The position numbers and the translations under genes are program-made. A stretch of DNA of 64,000 bases. Source: a virus (Duplodnaviria > Caudoviricetes). Below, in pieces: positions 10,917-20,953 of the stretch; within the stretch, counting starts at the first letter, position 1; the number at the start of each line of letters is the position of its first letter. The notes beneath the pieces were generated by a model. It was given only the letters and a program-made list of their open reading frames with translations, made no database searches and was not told the DNA's origin. The stretch lies in IMG/VR virus record IMGVR_UViG_3300036821_000136, positions 32,001 through 96,000 of that record; one strand, given 5' to 3'.

Positions 10917-11650
10917 ATGACCACCACCACCCCGACCGAGGCCCGCAAGGCCGACGCCGAGCGGTACGCCGCCCGGCTCGGCCTGGACGCCGAGGCGCTG
11001 CACGCCGCCGCGATCGCCGTCTGGAGCAACCTCAACCCGCAGGCGACCGGTTTCGACGTCGCGCTGTCGGCCGCCGCCGCCGCGCTGCTCGCCGTCACCC
11101 GGGCAGCCGGCAGCCGGCAGGCCGCCGAGACCGCGCGGCTCGTCACCGCCGCCCAGCCCGGCGACCGGGAGCTGATCACCGCCGTGCTGACCGAGACCGC
11201 CGACGCCCGGGACCGGGAATCGCGCGGGCACCGCTGGACCGGCGAGCGTTTCGCCGGCGTCCGCGCCCGGCTGCGCGGCGAGGCCCGCCAGATGCGCGAC
11301 CTGGCCGGCCGGCTGGCGGCGTCGTCATGACCGCCCTCGGCGACACCCGCCGGCCCGCCGCCCGCGCGGCGGTGCTGGCGGTCCTGATCGAGCAGACCAC
11401 CGACTACCCCGGCGGCCACGAGCCGCTGACCATGAGCCGCGACCTGCTCGCCTACCGGACCGGGCTGCCCCGCACCGTCGCCGCGGCGGCCGCCGACGCG
11501 CTCGCCAAGACCGGCGCCGTGACCAGGCTGCGCGAGCGCGGGCGGGTCGTCTACTACGTGCCGCGGGCCGGGCTGGACACCGTCCCGATCGAGACCGGGC
11601 CCGTCGCCCGCGCCTACATCGACGCGGTGACCGCCGAGGGGGACCGGTGA
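10917..11650 (+). CDS. Hypothetical (10917-11330) and winged-helix-like protein (11327-11650)
   Basis: RBS and ATGA coupling; SRDLLAYRTGLPRTVAAAAADALAKTG..RVVYYV is wHTH-like. Confidence 0.5.
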
Positions 11651-12291
11651 CGCACCAGCTGGCCCTGCGGCTGTCGCCGCTGGTCGCCTTCTACCAGGTC
11701 GACATGGCCGAGGCCGAGGACCTGCTGATCAGGTGGCGGCACCCGCTGCACCTGCCCACCGGCGAGTGCCCGTCGTGCGGCAAGCCGCACCCCGGCGGCC
11801 GGCCGTACGAGCGGCCGTTCGGGCGGCTGCCGTTCGTGATGGAGGACCGCGGCCGGGTCGCGGCGTGCGTGGTGCTCGCCTCGACGATCAACGCCAGCGT
11901 GTGCAAGGCGCGCGGCTGGCACCGCTACAACACCGTCGACCTGGCGCGGATCGCCCGGTCCCCCGACCGCCGCGACGAGAAGTGCCTGCGGGCGGTGCTG
12001 CGGATCACGCGGGAGTACCTGGCGCCGCTGTGGCTGGACACCTCGGCGAAGTGGGCGGCCCGGTCGGCGGAGCTGTGCGGCCGCCCGCAGCTCGCCGCGC
12101 TCGCCACCCAGTCGCTGCCCGGCACGCCGGGGTCCATGTACCGGTTCGACGGGTTCGAGCACATCCGCACGACCAGGGGCGCGCACGGCGGCGGCCACCA
12201 GAAGGCGAGCGCGGCCAACGCGATCGACGACGGCGCGCGCGGGCTGTGGGTCTACCCGTACCCCCGGCCGCTGCTGGCGGGCGCCGCGTAG
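11647..12291 (+). CDS. Mom-like GNAT-fold DNA modification protein (putative)
   Basis: RWRHPL, VDLARIAR and SLPGTPGSMYRFDGFEHI resemble the ELxRL...GxxYxxxNF pattern of Mom/XF1762 proteins. Confidence 0.5.
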   Translation: MTHQLALRLSPLVAFYQVDMAEAEDLLIRWRHPLHLPTGECPSCGKPHPGGRPYERPFGRLPFVMEDRGRVAACVVLASTINASVCKARGWHRYNTVDLARIARSPDRRDEKCLRAVLRITREYLAPLWLDTSAKWAARSAELCGRPQLAALATQSLPGTPGSMYRFDGFEHIRTTRGAHGGGHQKASAANAIDDGARGLWVYPYPRPLLAGAA

Positions 12292-12388
12292 CCCGGCGGG
12301 CCACGGCGCCGCCGCATGTATGTGCCGTGCCCGGGAACGCCGCCGCCCCCGGCGCGGTGCGCGGCGGGGGCGGGTGACGGGCGGGCGG

Positions 12389-13047
12389 TCAGCCTTCCGG
12401 CCAGCCCCACCGGGGGCGGGTCCACCGCACCATCGAGCCGACGCGGGCGTAGACCTCCGGGATGTAGAAGAACCGGTAGCGGCCGCCCGGGCAGGCGAGC
12501 GTGTGGGCCCGCTGCCCGGTGCCGTCCTGGACGTGGTCGCGGACCAGCGTCAGGCCGTGGTCGTGGCCGCGGACCGGGCAGGCCGGGAACGCCGGCGCGG
12601 TCGTGGTCGTCATCGGTCAGCCCTCCTGCCCGGCGGCGGGCGCCGCCGGGGTCTCGTTGTGCTCGGCGCAGGCCGGGCGGGGCCCGAGGCCCCGCCAGTA
12701 GCCCGCGCAGGTGCAGGGGCCGCTCATCAGGTTCGCCATCAGTGGCTCACCATCGCGCCGCGCATGCCCACGCGGGGCGAGCGCCGCCCGGGGCTGACGT
12801 AGGCGGGGGCGGACCACACGCGGCGGCCGTCGCGGACGAACCAGCGGCCGCGGTGGTAGGTCTTGCGGATCATGGTCTCTCTCCTTCAGATGTGCAGGTC
12901 GGCGCCGGTGGCGGGGTGGTACCGGGGCGGGTCGCTCAGGTCGCCCTCGACGACGGCGAAGCCGCCGCCGACGCGGGCCCACCACACGCGGTCGGTGTGG
13001 TCGTAGGTCCAGGGACCGTAGGTGTCGGCGTCGCTTTCGTGTTGCAT
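12389..13047 (-). CDS. Leftward operon of four tiny genes (12886-13047, 12739-12873, 12617-12739, 12389-12613)
   Basis: First ATG lies in a minus-strand promoter motif; CTGAAGGAGAG RBS at 12878-12888; coupled stops and starts. Confidence 0.55.
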
Positions 13048-13185
13048 ATATATAAGGTACACCAACGCCGCCGTGACTTCGCCCGTTCCGGCAGGCCAGG
13101 GCACGTTTTCCGGTGTGATGACCGTCCTACGCCCAGGGGCGTCACGGGCGGCTCCACGTGGTATTATGTATATATGAGCAACACG
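13038..13185. promoter_or_regulatory. Divergent pair of repeated promoters (copies 3 and 4) sharing one central box
   Basis: Minus strand TACCTT-ATATAT-ATG (ATG 13047); plus strand TATTAT-GTATAT-ATG (ATG 13174); box TGTGA-TGACCG-TCCTA at 13114-13129. Confidence 0.75.
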
Positions 13186-15478
13186 ACAGCCACCGCCACC
13201 GCCACCGCCGGCCGGAGCTACACGACCGGCATGGTGCACGACGCCCGGCCGACCGGCCCCGAGGGCCAGCTGACCCAGCGGTGCGGCATGGGCCGCCGCC
13301 AGCTCGCCTACCTCGCCCCCACCGACGCCCCGGTCACCTGCAAGCGGTGCCTGGGCCTCGGCGCCTGAAGGAGACCACGATGACCGACACCATCACCCGC
13401 CTGGCCGGCGAGGACCGCACCGCGTTCCTGGCCGCCGCCGCGGCCGCCGCCGACGAGTTCCTTGACGAGTCCGCCGACGCCGGCGTGACCGGCTGGCCGA
13501 CCTTCACCCACGCGGTCGTCGCGCTCGGCGAGTACATCACCGCCGTCGCCGCCGTGGCCGACTGGGGCCGGCAGCCGGTCCCGCACCGCGAGCCGGCCAT
13601 GACCTCGGCGGCCGCCGTCACCGGCACCGACCGGGACGCCCTGGCCGCCGCCGTCGCCGCCGCCGCCACCGAGTACGTCGAGGAATCTGAGGCCGAGGGC
13701 GAGGACGTGTGGCCCAGCTTCACCGCCGCCCTGCAGGACTTCGGCCTGTACCTGACCCACGGCGCCGGCGACGCCGACTGGGGCTACCTGCCAACCGCCA
13801 CCGCCTGACCACCGCCAAACCGGCACTTGAAGGAGAGAGACCATGACCGCACGACACGACTGGCAGCCCGGCGATTTCGCCACCTTCCCCGACAGCCGCC
13901 GCGGCCCCGACCGCACCGGCATCTACACCGGCGAGACCCGCGTCTCGACCACCCGCCTCACCGCCCTCGGCGAGGAAGTGACCCGCAAGGTGCCCGTCAC
14001 CTACGCGATGATCCTCGTCACGCCGGCCGGCGGCCTGGACCACCCCGGCCGCGGCGCCGGCTCGGTCAGCGTCGACGTGCGCAAGCTGCGCCCGGCGACC
14101 CCCGCCGAAATCACCGCCAGCGACGTCCGGCAGGGCTGGGCGACGTGCCAGGCGCGGGCCGCGGCCGCCGCGGCGTGGTGGGAGGCCGCCACCCCGGCGG
14201 TCACCTACCTGATCGAAGCGGGCTACGCCGACGGCCACGGCCAGATGGGCATGGCCATCGTGAACCTGCTGCTCGAGGCCGACCGCTACCCCGGCCGGTA
14301 CGCCTACACGCTCGACCGCCGGCACTGGGTGGTCAAGTACATGCCCGCCCGGTGGAACGCCGGCGCGACCCACCCCGCCGACCCGGCGCTGCGCGCCACG
14401 GCGGGCGGTGCGCGGTGACCGCCGACCTGACCGCCGCCGCGCTCGCCGCCGCCGCCGAGCTCGACGACGAGGCCGAGGACGCGGCCAAGGCCAAGCCCAA
14501 GCCGCGCCACCCGTGCGGGTTCTGCGCGACCGGCGACCACAACCTGTGCAAGGAGACGATCCGCAACGGGTCGCAGGCCAAGGTGGCTGTGTGGGAGTGC
14601 CCGTGCTGGCAGGCCGGGCACACCCTCGGCCGCCAGCCGCCGCTCAACCGCACCCCGCCGCGGATGGCCGCCTCGGCGATGCCGCCCCGCCCGGCCGCCG
14701 TCGTCACCGTCGACCTGCCCGGCACGTCCCCGGCCGGCCCGCCCGTGCGCCGGTCCTCGAGGCGGGCCGCGCCCTCGCCGTTCCCGGCCGGCGTGGTCAG
14801 CCCGTACGGCTTCCGCAAGGCCCTGCTCGACGCGGGCCTGGAGCCGGCGTCGTTCCGGCCGCAGACCGTCTACACGTGGGTCAAGCAGGCCGCCGCCGGC
14901 GGCACGTTCCCGGTCCGCTGGTACGCCGGCGGCGCCGAGACCGACGCGGGCGCCGACGGCGCCAAGCCCGGCGTCCCGGTCGAGCAGGCCCTCGCCTGGC
15001 ACCGGGCGGGCGGCGCCAAGTGAACGCCGCCGAGATCACCACCCCGTGCCTGGTCTGCGCGGTGCAGGCCGCGCTCAAGGACTCCGCGTTCTGGGCGGGC
15101 CGCGGCCTGAGCTGGCCAGTCGCCGAGGTCGCCGGCCACACCGCCCACAAGGCGTGCGCGTCCGAGGTCGAGCACCTGATCGCCGTCATCGGCGGCCTGG
15201 CCGTCGACGCCGCCGGGGTGCCCCGCTGGACCGCCAGCGGCAACGTGCCCCCCGACGACACCGTCGCGCTGATCATCGCCTTCGGCCTGGCCGGCGGCAT
15301 CGACGCGGTGGCGGCGTCCGCCGCCTACGCCGAGCAGACCGCCGAGGCGATCGCCGCCTACCGCCGCGAGCGCGAGCTGCAGGGCTACAGCGACGAGGAA
15401 CTGGCGCAGATGGCCGCCGCGTTCGGCCCGGGCGCCACCGTCGTCGACGCGCTCACCGGCCAGCGGATCGAGCTGTGA
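13174..15478 (+). CDS. Run of hypothetical genes (13174-13368, 13380-13808, 13843-14418, 14415-15023, 15020-15478)
   Basis: Leaderless first gene, TGAAGGAG RBSs and GTGA overlaps. Confidence 0.6.
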
Positions 15479-15927
15479 GCAGGCGCCGCCGCCGGCGCGG
15501 CGCGCTGTACCTGGTCTGCTACCACCGGCCGTTCCGGCACGCCCGCCATTACCTGGGATTCGCCTACCCCGACGACCTCGGCCGCGCCGACCCGCTGATC
15601 GTCGCGGAGGTCCGCGCCGCGCCCCAGACGCGGATCACCTGCCGGTACCTGACCGCCGCGCAGGCCGCCGGGGTCGCCTGCCGGATCGCCCAGCACCGCG
15701 CCGGGGTCGGCGCCCGGATCCTCGCCGTGATCGGCGCGGCGGGCATCGGGTTCGACGTCGTGCGGATCTGGCCGAGCGCCACCGAGCACCACGAGAAGGG
15801 CCTGAAGGAGCTGAAGAACGGCGCGCTGCTGTGCCCGCGCTGCCATCCCGGCACCCGCGCCGGCGACGTCATCACGCCGCGTACGTCGCGCCGCCCGCGC
15901 CGCCGTCAGCTCGTCCCGGCCGCCTGA
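15475..15927 (+). CDS. GIY-YIG-like endonuclease
   Basis: LYLVCYHRPFRHARHYLGFA...RIAQHRAGVGAR...HEKGLK...CPRC. Confidence 0.7.
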   Translation: MSRRRRRRGALYLVCYHRPFRHARHYLGFAYPDDLGRADPLIVAEVRAAPQTRITCRYLTAAQAAGVACRIAQHRAGVGARILAVIGAAGIGFDVVRIWPSATEHHEKGLKELKNGALLCPRCHPGTRAGDVITPRTSRRPRRRQLVPAA

Positions 15928-16021
15928 CGAGTGACCGGCGGCCGTAGCCCGCCGGGCTACGGGCAGACGCAGGCGGCGGCACCCCCCCGGGGTCGGGGTG
16001 CCGCCGCCTGGTCGTGCCGGG

Positions 16022-16309
16022 CTACCGGTCCCGGCCGCTCAGCACCGCCCGGGCGGCCCGCCGGTCGTCGGCGAGCGCGGCCTGCTCGGCCGGGTCGTCG
16101 AAGTCCTCGGGCCACAGCGCCGGCGCGATCGCGCAGAAGCCGAGCATGAACACGGCGGCCAGCCGGGCGGCGACGTCGCCCGCCGACAGCCAGAGGACGA
16201 CGACGGCGGCGGCCAGCAGCGCGATCGCCAGCCAGGTCCAGGCGCCCAGCGCCTGGGTCAGCAGCGCGGCGGCGACGGCGCCGGTGAGGAACGTGGTCAG
16301 CGATCGCAT
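16022..16309 (-). CDS. Small membrane protein
   Basis: Three hydrophobic segments. Confidence 0.55.
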   Translation of the reverse strand: MRSLTTFLTGAVAAALLTQALGAWTWLAIALLAAAVVVLWLSAGDVAARLAAVFMLGFCAIAPALWPEDFDDPAEQAALADDRRAARAVLSGRDR

Positions 16310-16625
16310 GCGCGCAGTGTAACACCGGCGTGACGGTGCGGAGGCGGGTCGCGGGCCGGCCCCCGGGGGCACCGTGCACTGGGCTCCCTGATAGGCGTGG
16401 GGGCCGGCCCGGCCGGGCGGCCCGGAGGTTGCGGCCGGGTGCGCAGGCATCCTGCGGAAGCGGCCGGGGGCACCGGACGCCCGGACACGGCCAGGATAGC
16501 GGGCGGGGACGGCGGCGGCCGGCCAGGCCCGGGCGTTGGGCTGGCCGGCCGCCAGTGGCGTCGCCCTGCGTAGTAGTACACAGGCGGTGCCGGCAAGATT
16601 ACGCTGCGCGACCCGCCGCGTCCAG

Positions 16626-16708
16626 TGTGCCCGAGGGCACAGCACCGGACACGTTTTCGGGAGCCGGCACCTGACCTGGGCTGGTATTGTATATATATAA
16701 GCAACACG
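16626..16708 (+). promoter_or_regulatory. Repeated promoter copy 5 with palindromic box
   Basis: TGTGC-CCGAGG-GCACA at 16626-16641; TGGTATTGTATATATATAAGCAACACG at 16682-16708. Confidence 0.75.
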
Positions 16709-16729
16709 GCAGACTGAAGGAGCACGACA

Positions 16730-17476
16730 ATGACGAACCAGTACCCCGGCCAGTGCGGGACCTGCGGCCAGCGGGTCGAGGCCGGCGAGGGCACGGTCAC
16801 GAAGGTCCGCGGCCGGTGGACCCCGTTCCACGCGGCCGGCCAGTGCCCGGAGAACACCGAGGCGGTCGAGCAGGCCGAGGCCGTCCTGGCCAGCGCCGAG
16901 GTCGGCGACATGCTGGAGCGCCAGTCGCGTGACCGGCACGCCCGGGCCGCCGCCGACCAGCCGCGCCCCAACCGGTACGGCGGGACCTGCGGCGCCTGCG
17001 GCGCCTGGGTCGACGAGGGCGAGGGCACGGCCGTCAAGGTGGCCGGCAGCTGGACCGCCCGCCACATCGGCGAGTGCCCGGTGCCGGCGCCGGTCGGCAT
17101 CTACCGCGACCCCGAGGGCACGATCTGGCTGGTCAAGGAGTCCCGCGGCCAGAAGGACGTGCCGGTCGAGCAGCGCCGCCGGTACGCCAAGAAGATGATC
17201 GAGTCCGCGGCCGCCCGGTTCACCGAGGGCGGCGACTCGGTGCGCTACGACTGGGAGATCGTGCGCGGCGCGGTCTACCGGCTGACCGAGGACATGCGCG
17301 TCCCGCTGGACGACGAGCAGGTGACCGCGCTGATGATCGCCACCGGCAAGTGCATCGTCTGCGACCACGCGATGTGGGCCGAGAAGACCCTGCGGCGGGC
17401 CAAGGAGACCGGCGTGATGGTCGGGCCGGTCTGCGTCAAGAGCTTCGCGCCGGCCCGGTTCCGCCAGGACGCCTGA
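16730..17476 (+). CDS. Zn-ribbon repeat protein with C-terminal DUF6011-like motif
   Basis: Two N.Y.G.C..CG..V..GEG repeats; C-terminal CIVC...VGPVC. Confidence 0.65.
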   Translation: MTNQYPGQCGTCGQRVEAGEGTVTKVRGRWTPFHAAGQCPENTEAVEQAEAVLASAEVGDMLERQSRDRHARAAADQPRPNRYGGTCGACGAWVDEGEGTAVKVAGSWTARHIGECPVPAPVGIYRDPEGTIWLVKESRGQKDVPVEQRRRYAKKMIESAAARFTEGGDSVRYDWEIVRGAVYRLTEDMRVPLDDEQVTALMIATGKCIVCDHAMWAEKTLRRAKETGVMVGPVCVKSFAPARFRQDA

Positions 17477-17528
17477 CTCCCGCCCGCGAGGCGGCGGCCC
17501 CCCGGCGACGGGGCGGCCGTCGCTTTCG

Positions 17529-17612
17529 TGTGCCGGACGGCACACCGCCCGGACGCTTGTTCGAGCGCCGCCGCCTGACCTGCGGGGGTATTCTGTATAT
17601 ATAAGCAATACG
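17529..17612 (+). promoter_or_regulatory. Repeated promoter copy 6 with palindromic box
   Basis: TGTGC-CGGACG-GCACA at 17529-17544; GGGTATTCTGTATATATAAGCAATACG at 17586-17612; preceded by a terminator-like hairpin at ~17490-17527. Confidence 0.7.
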
Positions 17613-17626
17613 GGATTGGAGCCCAG

Positions 17627-17989
17627 ATGTACATCGACCACCGCGCCGAGGCCAGCCGGCACCACAACGAGGCCAGCAAGAACTACCGCCAGGGCAAGCG
17701 CGACGCCGAGCGGGCCGCCCGCTACTACGGCCAGGCCGCCGAGCACCGGACGATGGCCCGCTGGCTGACCGGCCGCCCCGAGCTGTGGGAGGGCGAGTTC
17801 ACCCCGGCCGGCAGCGAGGCCGCCGCCCGCACGTGGACGCGGCTGGGCGACCTGTACCTGCGGTCCTCGTTCTCGTCCACCGAGCGCGGCCGGTTCTACC
17901 GCGGCCTGCAGCGCCGGTCCGAGGCGCTGGCCGCCCGGGCCGAGGCGCGGCTGGCCGAGTGGGAAGCCGAGCGGGCGGGGGCGCAGTGA
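17627..17989 (+). CDS. Hypothetical helical protein
   Basis: GGAG RBS; coupled to the ligase gene. Confidence 0.6.
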   Translation: MYIDHRAEASRHHNEASKNYRQGKRDAERAARYYGQAAEHRTMARWLTGRPELWEGEFTPAGSEAAARTWTRLGDLYLRSSFSSTERGRFYRGLQRRSEALAARAEARLAEWEAERAGAQ

Positions 17990-18999
17990 TGGGCGGGCTG
18001 CGCGTGCCGGACCCGATGAAGGGCACCGACCTCAAGGCGATGATCGCCTGGGGCCAGCCCGGGCAGTTCGACGCGATCGGCGCCTGGCTGGTCCCCGAGT
18101 GGGCCGCCGAGCCCAAGTACGACGGCTGCCGCGCCTTCCTGCAGATCCTGGCGGGCCGGTCCCGGTTCGGCGAGAACCGGTCGGCGTCGTTCCCCGACCT
18201 GGCCGCCGTGCACGTCGACGAGCCGGTGACCGTCGCCGGCGTCGAGTTCCCGGGCCTGGCCGGGACGGTCCTCGACGGCGAGCTGGTCGCGGCCGCGCCC
18301 GGCCGCCGGGCGCCGATCGGGATCACCGCCGGCTGGTTCGGCTCCGGCGTCACCCGCGCCCGGATGTACCGGATGCAGTTCGGCGCCCCGACCTTCTACG
18401 TGTTCGACCTGCCCCACCTGGCCGGCACCGACCTCACCGGCCTGACCTACGACCAGCGCCGCGCCGCGCTCGAGGAGGTCGTCGCGATCCTGGCTGACCG
18501 GTGCCCGGACGCGCAGATCGTGCTGGTCCCGCAGCTCCCGGCGACCGCCGGGGCGATCCAGGCCGAGATCAACCGGGGCGGCGAGGGCGTCATGCTCAAG
18601 CGCCGCGACGGCCGGTACGAGCCCGCCGCCCGCCCCGGGCAGCGGTCGAGGGCGTGGGCGAAGGTCAAGGCGATGGGCACCGTCGACGTGGTGCTGACCG
18701 GCGGCTGGACCCCCGGCGACAACACCCGCCGGGGCACCGTCGGGTCGGTGGAGATCGCGGTCGTCGGCGACGACGGGGCGTGGATCCCGGTCGGGCACTG
18801 CGCGGTCAAGCCGGAACTGCTCGGCGCCTACACCCCCGATGAGATGCCCGGCCTGGCCGGCACCGTCTGGGAGGTCATGGCGGCGGGCGTGACCACCGGC
18901 CGCAAGCTCCGCCACCCGCACATGATCCGGGTCCGCGACGACAAGCGGCCCGAGTGGTGCCCGGCCGGCCAGCTCGACGCGCTGCCCGCCGCCGCCTGA
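17989..18999 (+). CDS. ATP-dependent DNA ligase (minimal)
   Basis: Motifs EPKYDGCR, LDGELV, FYVFDL, EGVMLK and WAKVK, plus OB-fold RHP...RVRDDK. Confidence 0.9.
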   Translation: MGGLRVPDPMKGTDLKAMIAWGQPGQFDAIGAWLVPEWAAEPKYDGCRAFLQILAGRSRFGENRSASFPDLAAVHVDEPVTVAGVEFPGLAGTVLDGELVAAAPGRRAPIGITAGWFGSGVTRARMYRMQFGAPTFYVFDLPHLAGTDLTGLTYDQRRAALEEVVAILADRCPDAQIVLVPQLPATAGAIQAEINRGGEGVMLKRRDGRYEPAARPGQRSRAWAKVKAMGTVDVVLTGGWTPGDNTRRGTVGSVEIAVVGDDGAWIPVGHCAVKPELLGAYTPDEMPGLAGTVWEVMAAGVTTGRKLRHPHMIRVRDDKRPEWCPAGQLDALPAAA

Positions 19000-19062
19000 C
19001 CACCCCGCAGACTCCCGGCCGCACCCGCGGCCGGGCGCACCAACACTGAAGGAGAGACCACC

Positions 19063-19620
19063 ATGACACCCCGCAAGATCGCCCTGGCCATCGCCGCCGG
19101 CGTGGCCGCCCTGATCATCACCGGCGGCGCGTCCGCCGCCGTGGCGGTCACCCTGGCCGGCCACGGCCAGGCCGCGCCCGCCGCCGCCGCCAGGCCCGCC
19201 GCACCGCGGACCACGGTCCCGGCGCCGCGGCACACGCCCGCGCCGCCGCCCCCGGCGGCCACCTCACCGGCCAGGCCGTACACGCCCGCGCCGGCCGCCC
19301 CGGCGGCGCCCGCCGCCCCGGCGCTGACCAGCGCGACCGCCGTGATCGCCCAGTTCTACCAGGACCTGACCGACCACGACTATCCCGGCGCGTGGGCGCT
19401 CGGCGGCAAGAACATCGGCGGCCAGGACTACGCCTCGTGGGTGGCCGGCTACGCCACCACGGCGAGCATCACCCTGCTGACCTACGGCCAGTTCGACAAC
19501 GGCACCGTCTGGGCAACCCTGTCCGCGGTCCAGTCCGACGGCAGCACCCGGACCTACTCCGGCACCTACACCGTCGCCGGCGGCGTGATCGTCGCGGCGA
19601 ACATCACCCAGACCAGCTGA
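19063..19620 (+). CDS. Secreted or membrane-anchored Pro/Ala-linker protein
   Basis: N-terminal hydrophobic segment, PA-rich linker, globular C-terminus. Confidence 0.65.
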   Translation: MTPRKIALAIAAGVAALIITGGASAAVAVTLAGHGQAAPAAAARPAAPRTTVPAPRHTPAPPPPAATSPARPYTPAPAAPAAPAAPALTSATAVIAQFYQDLTDHDYPGAWALGGKNIGGQDYASWVAGYATTASITLLTYGQFDNGTVWATLSAVQSDGSTRTYSGTYTVAGGVIVAANITQTS

Positions 19621-19736
19621 CCCCGCCAAACCTAGGAAGGACCTGCCCGGAACATATTTCCCTGATATATATCGCGCCGCCCGCGCCGCCCCTGACCTGG
19701 GGCGGCGCGGGCGGTCTTCCCGCTAGGCTGGCCGGC

Positions 19737-20129
19737 ATGGACAGCCCAGCGGTGCCGGGCAGGGTGGTTTCATCGCGGATCCTGGACGGCCCGGTCCGGC
19801 TGTGGTTCGCGGTCACCGACGCCGACGGCAGGATCATGGGCGCGGCCCCGATGCCCGTGCCGATGCCCTGGCTGTGGCGGGGCGGGCAGCTGTGCCTGGC
19901 CTACACCGGGCTCCGGATCGTCATGACCCGGCCGGGCCGGTACAGCGACGGGCTGATCTGCGCGGTGACCGAGGGCGAGCAGGCAGCCCCGTTCGTGCCG
20001 ATGTGGCAGGTCAGTCTCGGCAAGCCCGAGGACATGCGGGCCGGCGACGACGTGTGGATCGGCGACGGCGTGATCGTGATCATCCCGGAGGGGCAAACTG
20101 CCCTGCCCGCGGCGATCAGGCCCGCCTGA
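19737..20129 (+). CDS. Hypothetical protein
   Basis: Open frame with plausible composition, converging on the P450 operon. Confidence 0.45.
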   Translation: MDSPAVPGRVVSSRILDGPVRLWFAVTDADGRIMGAAPMPVPMPWLWRGGQLCLAYTGLRIVMTRPGRYSDGLICAVTEGEQAAPFVPMWQVSLGKPEDMRAGDDVWIGDGVIVIIPEGQTALPAAIRPA

Positions 20130-20134
20130 CCCGG

Positions 20135-20953
20135 TCAGCCCGCCGCCTGGGCGGCCGCCCGGTCCCGGCCGATCGCCCACGCCACCGCGACCACCTCGGC
20201 CGCGGTCCGCCACAGCGGCGGGAGCTGCCCGACGTTGAGCCACCGGACCCGCCCGGTGAACCGCCACCCGGCGGCGGCCAGCGCCGCGTCGAGGGTGCCG
20301 GCGTGCTCGGCGCCCCACACCGCCACCGCGTCCCGGCCGGGGTCGATCGCGTCGACCGCCAGCTGCGACCGCTGCTCTAGCAGCACCGCGTACAGGTCCG
20401 GCGACAGCCGGCCGGTCAGCCGGGCCATCCACCGGGAGTGGCGCCGGGCCAGCCGCCGGTAGGTCACCGGCGCCACCGCCGCCATGTAGCGGTCCTCGTG
20501 GCGGCCGAGCTGCTCCGACGCCTGGGCGGCCCGGGCGCCGGCCGCCGCGATGGGCTCGGTGCCGGCGATCCTGATCAGCTCCAGGTCGGTGAGGTCGGTG
20601 ACCGTCCACGTGCTGCCGCCGATCGCCTCGCCCTGGAACACCCAGCCCAGCCCGGCCGCCATCGCGGCGGGCCGGTCGTGGTAGAGCCCGCGCAGCACCT
20701 CGCGGGCGGCGCGCTCGGCATCGGTCGCGGCCGCCCACTGCCCGTCGGGCGCGGCGCAGATCCCCTCCAGGTAGACGGCGGCGCCGCGGTCTTCCAGCTC
20801 GGCGATCCGGCGGCGCATCAGGGCAAAGTAGCCGCGGCTGCCGATGTGGTTGTTCAGCACCAGGACCAGCGTCGCCTTCGTGTCGGCGTGCCGGTACCAG
20901 CGCACCGGCGTCGCCAGCGTGCGGGCGCGCAGCCGCATCACGCCGCTAGGCAC
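20135..20953 (-). CDS. TraB/PrgY/GumN (Tiki-like) superfamily hydrolase-like protein
   Basis: NHIG..GYF, VYLEG, EQRS and VWGAEH follow the H..E..R..GxxH pattern of this metal-dependent family. Confidence 0.55.
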   Translation of the reverse strand: MPSGVMRLRARTLATPVRWYRHADTKATLVLVLNNHIGSRGYFALMRRRIAELEDRGAAVYLEGICAAPDGQWAAATDAERAAREVLRGLYHDRPAAMAAGLGWVFQGEAIGGSTWTVTDLTDLELIRIAGTEPIAAAGARAAQASEQLGRHEDRYMAAVAPVTYRRLARRHSRWMARLTGRLSPDLYAVLLEQRSQLAVDAIDPGRDAVAVWGAEHAGTLDAALAAAGWRFTGRVRWLNVGQLPPLWRTAAEVVAVAWAIGRDRAAAQAAG

